This document shows positions 24,777 to 32,000 of a stretch of 32,000 nt of DNA, piece by piece. The notes beneath the pieces are model-generated. The model was not told the origin of the DNA. It searched no databases and worked only from the letters and a program-made list of their open reading frames with translations. Made by a program: the position numbers and the translations under genes. The stretch's first letter is position 1. Every line of letters starts with the position of its first letter. Where the stretch lies: positions 300,001 to 332,000 of the forward strand of contig NZ_CP011042.1 of the NCBI RefSeq assembly GCF_002310835.1, in the 5' to 3' direction. The stretch comes from Pseudoalteromonas tetraodonis (GTDB taxonomy: Bacteria; Pseudomonadota; Gammaproteobacteria; Enterobacterales; Alteromonadaceae).

Positions 24777-27770
24777 TTAATTGCCCATAGAGTATCTAAC
24801 GCCAAAGGCATAACGAGGGCCGTATTGAGCCGCGCTTAAGAACTGACTTTCGAAGCGACTGAATGAACGCTCGGTTTCGTTGGTTAAGTTCACACCTTCA
24901 AAGAATACCGTTGTGCTTTCGTTAACTTCGTAGTTCACACTAATATCCCACTGTAAGTACTCTTCTGCGTATTGTGGAGGAGCCGTAGCACCTGAGTCAG
25001 GTAAACCTTGCGCAATTAAGTACTCATCACGCCATGCACCGGTAATTTTCACCGATAAGCCATCTTTTTCGTAAAAGCCTTGTATGTTTGCAGAATCACT
25101 TAAACCAGCTAATACTGCTTGAGAGGCAAGGTAGTAGTTATCGTACTCTACATCACCATCAACAACGGTGGCATTAAAGCCTGCACCAAAGCCTGAGTCG
25201 CCAAACAAGTGCTGAACAGCAAATTCAAAACCGTTTACTTTACGTGAACCAACGTTTTCAGGTGAATTGATGGTCCATTCAATCAGCGGATCAGTCGCTG
25301 GATCTGGTAATATACGGTTGTTTTCACCAATGCCTACGCCATTAGCTACAATTTCATTGTAAATTGCAGTGTCAGTTGCTTGATCTCCACGACCTTCAAT
25401 GGCGGCTACTGCATTGTTCCAACGCTCACCTAAATACACATCATGTAAACCTTCAAAGGTAGTTTTTACCTGGGTGTTATCAATCCAATTATCTACGTCT
25501 TTCCAAAATAGACCAACAGCAGCGTAACTGCCTTCGCTGTAATAATACTCAAGGCTTAAATCTAGATTAGTTGATTTAAATGGCTCTAAGTTTGGATTAC
25601 CACGGCTACCACTTCTTGAATTTAATTTAGGTGATGGTGTTAAAGCCAAGTTACCTAACATATCGCCAAGAGTTGGTCTGGTGATTGTTTGTCCCCATGA
25701 TGCGCGGGTTACTAAGTCATCCGTAAGATCGACTTTAATATCAATCATAGGAAGTAGTAAGTCGTATTGTCCTTCATAGTCTACTTCAACTAATTCGCCA
25801 CCAGCGGCAAATTGAGTTAACCACTCTGAACCGCCTGCCCAGTAAACTTGTTCCGCTACACGACTTTTTGCTGGGCTTACAATATCAGTTTCTTCATAAC
25901 GAAGACCTAAGTTTACAAATACGTCGTAGTCGCTAACGTTAAATACCCAGTTGCTAGAAAGGTAAACACTAATGGTTTCTTCTTCTACTTCGTTAGTTGG
26001 GAAGTTATCAAAGCTACCAATTCGGTAATAATCACTACCAATTACGTCTTCGGTCAAATAAGCACTTTGACGAGCAAATGCTTCATCAAGGTCATAAGTG
26101 TAAGCATAACCTGGCGCTACGCCGTTAGGACCAAATGAAAATTCATCAAGGAATCCGCTTAAATCAATCCTTTCGAACATCGCATCTGGGAAAATTTCAG
26201 CGAATGTACCGTTGTTAAAGCCAGGTGCATTGGCGTTATTAGAGCCGCCCCAACCACTGAGTGTTTGCTTAGTGTAAGCCGCACCAAATTTAACGGTTTC
26301 AAGACCAATATCTGTATAAGTAAATAATTTACCGTCTAATTGTACTTGAGAAACTTCTGACTCACCTGGTGTTCTGGTAAAAATACTGAAGTTAGAACCA
26401 ATTTGATTTGGACTTACTTCTTGTGTGCCGTTGTTCCAATTAATATTAAAACCCGGTACATCGCCTTCGCGGAAAAAGTATTCTTTAGTAGATAACTCTG
26501 CTGAGCCCAAAATAATACGGGCATTAGAATTTAAGCCAGGATCTTTGCCATTATCTGTTGTGGTTTTTGAAGTATGGGCATCAAAGTTAAAACTAAGGTT
26601 TTCTGTTGCTAACCATTCAACATTGATACCGGTTGCTTTTGAGTCTACCTCGGCAGTTTCACGAAATGCCGTGAATGAGGCATCATCACCGGCTGAGTTA
26701 TAGTAAATAGCGGTGCCATTTTCATCTAGCTCATAGGCATTACCATTACCACCAAACGAACCGTTCCAAATACCCCACGATAGTGAGTTATTACCTGTTG
26801 TTGCATTTGAGATTGTGTGATCTAGTGTAAACGTTAAGTTATCTGTTGGTGCAAACTGAAAAGTGGCTTGCGCATTTAAACGTTCACGCTGAATATCATC
26901 TTTTGAAAAGCTGACTTCTTGTGGGAAGAAAGCGGCAGATACAAACTCACCATTATCCCCAGCATTTGGATCGAAAAACTGCTTAGCTGGGTTACCATCT
27001 GCATCCATTGGGCGGTTATCAATTATGTTTTCAGCATCAACCGATAGGTTAGGGTTGACTAACCAAGAGCGTACATTGGCTGCTTGGCGCTGAAAATCAC
27101 GGCGGTGGTATGAAAAGTTAGCTGAAAAACCAAACATTTCGTCAGCAAAAGTATTGCTGTAAATACCTGCAATTTCAGGTGTTACTTCATCACCTTCTTC
27201 TACCGATGTATCGTGAATGCCTTTAGCCATCAATGAAAAGCGCTGACCCGGCTTTTGTAGAGGTTTAGCGGTAACAATATTTACAGTTGCACCAAGGCCA
27301 CCTGTTGGTGTATCCGCACGCGCTGTTTTCATAACTTCAAGTGAACTAACGCCTTCAGATGATAAGTTCTCAAAGTTAAATGAACGCGTAAAACCGGTGC
27401 CTGCCATTTGACGGCCGTTAAGTGTTACAAGGTTAAACGATGGGCCAAAACCACGTACGGTAATTTGGCTACCTTCACCGTTTGAGCGACTTACCGATAC
27501 ACCCGTAATACGTTGTAGCGATTCAGCTAAATTAGTATCTGGAAATTTACCCATTTCTTCAGCAGAAATGGCATCAACCACGCCTGATGCGTCACGCTTT
27601 ACATCCATTGAACGGATTAATGAACCACGAATACCTTTTACTTCAATAACTTCTAGTTCAGGTTCGGCAGTATTTTCTTGCGCAGCATAAGCGAAGTTAA
27701 ATGTGCTTGCAGCGATGATAAGTGACACAGAAGCCGCTAGTGGGCTTTTTTTAAACTTATTTGTGTTCAT
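24777..27770 (-). CDS. TonB-dependent outer-membrane receptor (about 1000 aa, oligosaccharide type), downstream of the GH16 gene
   Basis: Start taken at the ATG at 27770 (MNTNKFKKSPLAASVSLIIAASTFNFAYA signal peptide). A plug domain is present (IEVKGIRGSL...LAESLQRITGVSV...VRGF). The long barrel ends ...FGVRYSMGN. Confidence 0.9.
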   Translation of the reverse strand: MNTNKFKKSPLAASVSLIIAASTFNFAYAAQENTAEPELEVIEVKGIRGSLIRSMDVKRDASGVVDAISAEEMGKFPDTNLAESLQRITGVSVSRSNGEGSQITVRGFGPSFNLVTLNGRQMAGTGFTRSFNFENLSSEGVSSLEVMKTARADTPTGGLGATVNIVTAKPLQKPGQRFSLMAKGIHDTSVEEGDEVTPEIAGIYSNTFADEMFGFSANFSYHRRDFQRQAANVRSWLVNPNLSVDAENIIDNRPMDADGNPAKQFFDPNAGDNGEFVSAAFFPQEVSFSKDDIQRERLNAQATFQFAPTDNLTFTLDHTISNATTGNNSLSWGIWNGSFGGNGNAYELDENGTAIYYNSAGDDASFTAFRETAEVDSKATGINVEWLATENLSFNFDAHTSKTTTDNGKDPGLNSNARIILGSAELSTKEYFFREGDVPGFNINWNNGTQEVSPNQIGSNFSIFTRTPGESEVSQVQLDGKLFTYTDIGLETVKFGAAYTKQTLSGWGGSNNANAPGFNNGTFAEIFPDAMFERIDLSGFLDEFSFGPNGVAPGYAYTYDLDEAFARQSAYLTEDVIGSDYYRIGSFDNFPTNEVEEETISVYLSSNWVFNVSDYDVFVNLGLRYEETDIVSPAKSRVAEQVYWAGGSEWLTQFAAGGELVEVDYEGQYDLLLPMIDIKVDLTDDLVTRASWGQTITRPTLGDMLGNLALTPSPKLNSRSGSRGNPNLEPFKSTNLDLSLEYYYSEGSYAAVGLFWKDVDNWIDNTQVKTTFEGLHDVYLGERWNNAVAAIEGRGDQATDTAIYNEIVANGVGIGENNRILPDPATDPLIEWTINSPENVGSRKVNGFEFAVQHLFGDSGFGAGFNATVVDGDVEYDNYYLASQAVLAGLSDSANIQGFYEKDGLSVKITGAWRDEYLIAQGLPDSGATAPPQYAEEYLQWDISVNYEVNESTTVFFEGVNLTNETERSFSRFESQFLSAAQYGPRYAFGVRYSMGN

Positions 27771-27804
27771 AATTGCTCTGCTTTTACTTAATTTATTACG
27801 GTAA

Positions 27805-27830
27805 GTAGGTACTTTTAATTTAGTACCTAC
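27805..27830 (-). other. Intercistronic hairpin between the GH16 and TBDR genes
   Basis: Stem gtaggtac (27805-27812) pairs with gtacctac (27823-27830) around a 10-nt AT loop. No U-tract follows on the transcribed strand. Confidence 0.35.
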
Positions 27831-27844
27831 CACTGAATTAGGGT

Positions 27845-30502
27845 TTATGGGTTAGCGATAACCACATTGTCGATACGATAAACTGCACCTTCACCTGTTC
27901 CCCACGCTGGGAAAACCATCAGTACATTGATATCGCTAATGTCTAAACCTGCATCAAATAATGATTGCACTGTAAACGTGTATGTTTGCCATTGCCCAAT
28001 AACCGGTACTTCACCTTCAACGCTTTGTGCAAGAGGAAGCTCTACCGCCGTTGCTGCACCTGTTGACTCAATTTTAAATGTCCACACTGAGTCAGGATCA
28101 TTTGGTGGTGTCACCATTTTCATTTCAAATTGCACAACACCATTTGCTAATATTGCTGATGCATCAAAAGAAACACCTTCGTCAGCTAAAAAGCCCATTA
28201 CTGTTGGTGTAGCACCAATAACAAACTCAGCCACTGTGCCGTGTTCAGCATCGTCAGTTTCTTCAGTCGGTGTAGAGCCACCACAACAGTCCCAAATACT
28301 CCACATATCTGCGGCTGTATCTTGGAAAATAGTGATTTCATCGCCTGCTGATGCACTCGGATCGTACATTTTAGCGTTATCAACACGGTAAACCGCACCT
28401 TCACCTGTGCCCCATGCTGGGAATATCATCACTACATCAATGGCACTAACATCTAAACCTGCGCCCGCTAAGTCAGCGAATGTAAAGGTATAAGTTTTCC
28501 ACTCACCAGCAACGGGTGCATCGCCAGCATCGGTTAATGGAAGCTCTACCGCTGTATCGCCTTCATTAGATTCAATCTTCATTGTCCAAACAGCTGCTGG
28601 ATCATTTGGATTTGACATTACTTTTACATCAAACTGTAGTACACCATTTTCTAAAATACTTGTTGCATCAAATGGTTTACCACTACCACCGGCTGAGGTG
28701 CGAGTATTAAAGCCCATTACAGTGGGTGCTTCGCCAATGCTAAACTCTGCGGTTAAACCGTGTTCTTCATCATCTACTACCTCAATTGGTGTTGAACCGC
28801 CACAACAATCCCACATTGGCCAATCTAGATTTTGTCCGTCTGTGAATAGGTCAACTTCTGGGCTTCCAGGTAAATCACCTTCAATCGCAACATTGGTAAT
28901 TAAATATTCAGCGCCTGCACCTGTTTGCCATGCTGGGAATACCATTAATACATCAATGGCACTTAAATCTAAGCCTCTTTCTTGTAGTAAAGAAAGTGGG
29001 AATGTATAGGTTTGCCATTGGCCAGTAACAGGAGTAACACCTTCATTACTATCGCTAAGGGCTACATCGCCGGTATTAGGACCACCATCACCCGCTTCGG
29101 CTTTTAATAACCAAGTAGTTGAAGATGTTGGTGGCGTTACTACTTTCATATCAAAGGTGAGTCGGCCATTTAAATCAAGTAGAGGTGATGCATCAAATGG
29201 AGATGAAGTGCCAGTAAAATCATCAGAGAAGTGACCACCGCGGGTAGAGAAGCCAAGCACAGTCCCGTTATTATCGTTAATGTTAAACTTAATTACCTCG
29301 CCTTTGTCAGCGTCAGTAATGGTTTCTGGTGTTGTTCCACCGCAACAATCCCATGCGATCCAGTTGGCATTTAAGCTGCCATCAAAAATATCAAGATTCT
29401 TTGCAACACCATCACTTGGCGGGGTAGGTACAGGGGCTTTACCTTCAACAAGTGCATCTTCTAGGCTATCGTAACCTGGGCGTACTGTTTCACAGCCTTT
29501 ACCTGTGGTTGGGTTAGAGGCACATTCGTAAACACGCACGTAATCAATTTCAAAACTTTGACCTTCTGCAAATGCTGCAGCGTCAACGCCTAAGTTATTT
29601 ACGTTTTCAGGCCAATCACCACCAACAGCATTGTTTAAAATAAGGTAAAAGTCTTTATCAAATGGGGCATTATCCCAATGCGTTGTTAGCTCGCCGCTAC
29701 CTTGTTCAAAGTATTCAGCAAACCAACCTTTATGCTTTAAGCCAACAGGTTCATCTTTTGAATTGTAACGAACTTCAGAGCGACGTTGAGTGGCGTATAA
29801 ATAGCCATCTACGTACCAGCGAATTTCGCCTTCTTGCCATTCAATTGCGTAAGTATGAAAATCGTCTGCAGGATTCATCCCTTCAGGGAATGTATACGCT
29901 TTACCAGAACTTGAGTTATTTGGCCATTCGCGACCATAGTGAAGTGTGCCATGAATATTAGCTTCAACGGTGCCATCTTCAGCAACTGTTTTTAAATTTA
30001 CCGCTTCTAAAATATCAATTTCGCCAGAGCGCGGCCAAGTACCATATTCTTCATCGGTTGGCATCATCCAAAAAGCTGGCCAGCTACCTTGACCCGAAGG
30101 TAACTTTGCACGCATTTCAAAGCGGCCATAAGTAAAGTCTGCGTTGTAACGGGTGTTTAAACGGGCTGATGTGTATGGTTTTTCTGCGCCTTCTTCTGCA
30201 GGTAAGGCGACTATGTTTAGTACACCGTCTTTAATAAAGGCGTTTTCTTCACTGTCGGTATAACATTGTTTCTCGTTGTTACCACCGCCAGCGCAGTTTA
30301 ATTCAAAGTTCCACTTGTTAGTATCAATACTAGTGCTGTCAAACTCATCGTTCCATACCATACGCCAGTCAGAGACTGGTTCAGTAGGGTTTACTTTTTC
30401 AATATCTGTAGTAGTGGTTGCTGCGTCACCACCACAACCCGCCAGAGATGCTAATGAAATAGCAGCCAAAAGGCGAGTAATGCGTGTTGTTTCAATGTTC
30501 AT
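27845..30502 (-). CDS. Lipoprotein GH16 endo-beta-1,3-glucanase (laminarinase) with three C-terminal tandem modules of unknown family
   Basis: 885 aa. The lipobox is LAG-C (Cys23). The GH16 core spans about aa 45-327, with the catalytic motif WPRSGEIDILE (E161/D163/E166). Aa 369-885 consist of three repeated modules. Confidence 0.9.
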   Translation of the reverse strand: MNIETTRITRLLAAISLASLAGCGGDAATTTTDIEKVNPTEPVSDWRMVWNDEFDSTSIDTNKWNFELNCAGGGNNEKQCYTDSEENAFIKDGVLNIVALPAEEGAEKPYTSARLNTRYNADFTYGRFEMRAKLPSGQGSWPAFWMMPTDEEYGTWPRSGEIDILEAVNLKTVAEDGTVEANIHGTLHYGREWPNNSSSGKAYTFPEGMNPADDFHTYAIEWQEGEIRWYVDGYLYATQRRSEVRYNSKDEPVGLKHKGWFAEYFEQGSGELTTHWDNAPFDKDFYLILNNAVGGDWPENVNNLGVDAAAFAEGQSFEIDYVRVYECASNPTTGKGCETVRPGYDSLEDALVEGKAPVPTPPSDGVAKNLDIFDGSLNANWIAWDCCGGTTPETITDADKGEVIKFNINDNNGTVLGFSTRGGHFSDDFTGTSSPFDASPLLDLNGRLTFDMKVVTPPTSSTTWLLKAEAGDGGPNTGDVALSDSNEGVTPVTGQWQTYTFPLSLLQERGLDLSAIDVLMVFPAWQTGAGAEYLITNVAIEGDLPGSPEVDLFTDGQNLDWPMWDCCGGSTPIEVVDDEEHGLTAEFSIGEAPTVMGFNTRTSAGGSGKPFDATSILENGVLQFDVKVMSNPNDPAAVWTMKIESNEGDTAVELPLTDAGDAPVAGEWKTYTFTFADLAGAGLDVSAIDVVMIFPAWGTGEGAVYRVDNAKMYDPSASAGDEITIFQDTAADMWSIWDCCGGSTPTEETDDAEHGTVAEFVIGATPTVMGFLADEGVSFDASAILANGVVQFEMKMVTPPNDPDSVWTFKIESTGAATAVELPLAQSVEGEVPVIGQWQTYTFTVQSLFDAGLDISDINVLMVFPAWGTGEGAVYRIDNVVIANP
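27848..29400 (-). repeat. Three tandem coding repeats (about 173-180 codons each) that encode WDCCGG-containing modules
   Basis: The Cys-Cys codon pairs lie at 29342-29347, 28802-28807 and 28283-28288, giving spacings of 540 and 519 bp. The conserved DNA block gcaccttcacctgt.ccc..gctgggaa.a.catca.tacat.gat recurs near 27886, 28395 and 28910. Confidence 0.9.
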
Positions 30503-30564
30503 AACTGAACCCCGTTCAACTGATTATTGTCAGAATATAGTGTATTTGTTGATTTTTTCATTTT

Positions 30565-30578
30565 TGTAAGCGCTTACA
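30565..30578. promoter_or_regulatory. LacI-family-type operator, perfect palindrome TGTAAGCGCTTACA (site 1)
   Basis: It equals its own reverse complement. It lies 63 nt upstream of the GH16 ATG and fits the generic LacI/CcpA-type half-site logic TG.AA.CG.TT.CA. Confidence 0.65.
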
Positions 30579-30595
30579 TTTTCATGTGTGATAAA

Positions 30596-30609
30596 TGTAA
30601 GCGCTTACA
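30596..30609. promoter_or_regulatory. LacI-family-type operator, perfect palindrome TGTAAGCGCTTACA (site 2)
   Basis: Identical 14-mer. The centre-to-centre distance to site 1 is 31 bp. Confidence 0.65.
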
Positions 30610-30773
30610 AATAATATGGGGGATTTTTAACTGGGTCAAGAATTTGTTTAAATAATTTACAATTGATTTACTTTTAATAGGGTGTTTTTGTTAACAGGAA
30701 CGGTTAAACGCCCAAGTAATGTTATAAATAAAGGTTTAAAAGGTGTACATGGGCGTTTTCATTAGCCGTATTG

Positions 30774-31562
30774 CTATTTTTTAAATGGCATTATTAACAA
30801 TTGCCACAAGGATGAATTTTGTTCGGGGTTTGGGTATTGGCTCAAACCAAGTGCAATACGTTTATCAGGCTGGCTTGCCTGTGATTTATAGCTGCCAAAA
30901 AGTCTATCCCACCAAGTTACACTAAACCCAAAGTTACTGTTTGTTTCTTCGGGGTTTTGGCTGTGATGTATGCGGTGCAGCGCTTGGGTGATAAGGATGA
31001 GGCGCAGTGGTTTTTCTATTGCGCTTGGCAAGCGAATATTTGCGTGGTTAAACAGTGCTAACCCATTGAGTGTTATTTCAAATATAAGTACTGCAATGGC
31101 GGGCACGCCAAGAGCAGTTATGGCGGCAAGCTTTATCAATATGCTAAGACCTATTTCAATAGGGTGAAAGCGCAGCCCAGTGCTTGTATCTACGTGCGCA
31201 TCAGCATGGTGAACACGGTGTAAACGCCATAAAATTGGAATTTTATGAAATAATCTGTGTTGCCAATAAATCAGTATATCTAGCAACAGCAGGCTAAGTA
31301 TAATTGCTACTGAAAGAGGCATAGTTAGTTGATTAAACACACCGATACTATGTTCTTGGTTATAAAGCGCGGCGGCGGTTAACCCTAAAGGAACCGCTAA
31401 CCGAGCAATCACTGAAGAGGTAAATACAAGACCAAAATTCGCAACCCAACGTTTAGTGGCTTTTATGGGCGATTGCCGTGCAGGGGCTTGCCACTCAAGC
31501 AGCATCATTATGACTAAAATACTTACAAAACATCCAAGCCGCCACCATAATTCGTTATCCAT
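30774..31562 (-). CDS. Fatty acid hydroxylase / sterol desaturase superfamily membrane protein
   Basis: 262 aa, multi-TM. Histidine boxes HRLFH, HRVHH and HRIHH are diagnostic of di-iron membrane hydroxylases/desaturases. GGAGG RBS. The ATG overlaps the upstream stop (ATGGATAA). Confidence 0.85.
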   Translation of the reverse strand: MDNELWWRLGCFVSILVIMMLLEWQAPARQSPIKATKRWVANFGLVFTSSVIARLAVPLGLTAAALYNQEHSIGVFNQLTMPLSVAIILSLLLLDILIYWQHRLFHKIPILWRLHRVHHADAHVDTSTGLRFHPIEIGLSILIKLAAITALGVPAIAVLIFEITLNGLALFNHANIRLPSAIEKPLRLILITQALHRIHHSQNPEETNSNFGFSVTWWDRLFGSYKSQASQPDKRIALGLSQYPNPEQNSSLWQLLIMPFKK

Positions 31563-32000
31563 TGATAGCCTCCGTTTTACTGATATTAGCTTCTAGTTGT
31601 TTTAATGTGTGATAACCGCCATAAATACGGGTGAAAATCGTTATGGCGCAAGCTGCAGCAAATAAGCTGGCCATTATGGCAAAGTGCTGCGGCCAAATAC
31701 AAAAGGCAACAAATAAGGCAATGGTTTCTGTGCCTTCGGTTAAGCCATTTAAGTAGTAAAAACTTTTATATTTAAATTGTGGTTTGTCGAGTTTAAATTT
31801 TTCAGCGGCAATCGCAAAGGCCAAAAAGCTGGAACCGGTACCTATAAAAGTAGCCAGTAAAATAGCACCTGCAATGGCATTTTGTGCTGGATTAGCCAAA
31901 ATAAAGCCCAGTGGAATCGCTGCGTAAAATAAAAAGTCGAGAGTAATATCTAAAAACCCACCCGCGCTAGAACTTTGATTAGCATAGCGGGCTAATGCGC
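31555..32000 (-). CDS. CDP-alcohol phosphatidyltransferase family protein, C-terminal part; N-terminus lies beyond the right edge
   Basis: The track starts this ORF at TTG 31899. The frame stays open to base 32000 by my translation: ..ALARYANQSSSAGGFLDITLDFLFYAAIPLGFILANP... The segment AR-x8-GGFLD-x3-D is the distal half of the CDP-alcohol phosphatidyltransferase motif D-x2-DG-x2-AR-x8-G-x3-D-x3-D. Confidence 0.7.
   Translation of the reverse strand, partial: ALARYANQSSSAGGFLDITLDFLFYAAIPLGFILANPAQNAIAGAILLATFIGTGSSFLAFAIAAEKFKLDKPQFKYKSFYYLNGLTEGTETIALFVAFCIWPQHFAIMASLFAAACAITIFTRIYGGYHTLKQLEANISKTEAING

Noticed and set aside
27927-29961. Plus-strand ORFs opposite the GH16 gene (27927-28391, 28698-29009, 29280-29474, 29662-29961)
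   Set aside because: They are the antisense reading of the three DNA repeats, which is why similar peptides recur. They have no start context, and the GH16 frame explains the region.
30587-30602. CRP-like half-site TGTGA-N6-TAAGC between the two LacI-type palindromes
   Set aside because: Only the left half matches the TGTGA-N6-TCACA consensus, and the right half is part of the palindrome itself.
30706-30758. 9-bp inverted repeat aaacgccca / tgggcgttt downstream of the hydroxylase gene, as a terminator
   Set aside because: The 35-nt loop and the missing U-tract on the transcribed strand make it a poor intrinsic terminator. I have left it uncalled.
1-32000. Search by eye for CRISPR arrays, IS elements or transposases, integrases, attC-like sites, phage genes and known defence genes
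   Set aside because: I saw no regularly spaced short repeats, no DDE or tyrosine/serine recombinase-like ORFs, and no terminal inverted repeats flanking a gene block. The only tandem repeats are the coding repeats in the curlin-like and GH16 genes.

Overview
This is an AT-rich chromosomal segment. From gene content it looks like a marine gammaproteobacterium (Pseudoalteromonas/Alteromonadales-like); that is inference, not a search result. The window is mostly about scavenging extracellular polymers.

Left to right:
- The 5' part of a very long curlin-repeat secreted protein, which runs off the left edge and is missing from the ORF track.
- A 570-bp AT-rich divergent control region.
- A deseasin-type multidomain S8 subtilase.
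- A decayed GH18 chitinase relic.
- rraA and a short-form cstA.
- A TetR regulator facing a triple-frameshifted glutathione S-transferase pseudogene, followed by a ChrR-like cupin gene.
- A STAS/SpoIIAA-like gene.
- A complete sucrose locus: fructokinase, TonB-dependent receptor, MFS permease, sucrose phosphorylase and a LacI regulator, with two copies of a perfect palindromic operator.
- An AraC/aldB pair.
- A small set of membrane, GNAT and S41-peptidase genes.
- A laminarin-type operon: a GH16 lipoprotein plus a 1018-aa TonB-dependent receptor, behind twin perfect LacI-type palindromes.
- An overlapping fatty-acid-hydroxylase / CDP-alcohol-phosphatidyltransferase pair that runs off the right edge.

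I see no rRNA, tRNA, CRISPR array, transposase, integrase, phage gene or recognisable defence gene. I cannot point to an unambiguous new multi-gene system.

The most novel-looking items are:
1. Three tandem ~175-aa modules in the GH16 enzyme. Each carries an invariant WDCCGG motif, and the adjacent Cys-Cys is the only cysteine in each module.
2. The operator architecture of the two sugar loci, including a 38-bp perfect palindrome and a twin operator whose regulator is not in the window.
3. The oversized curlin-repeat protein.
4. The translationally coupled lipid-modification gene pair at the right edge.
5. A G9 tract inside the cupin gene.

All family assignments come from motifs read by eye and need HMM or BLAST confirmation.
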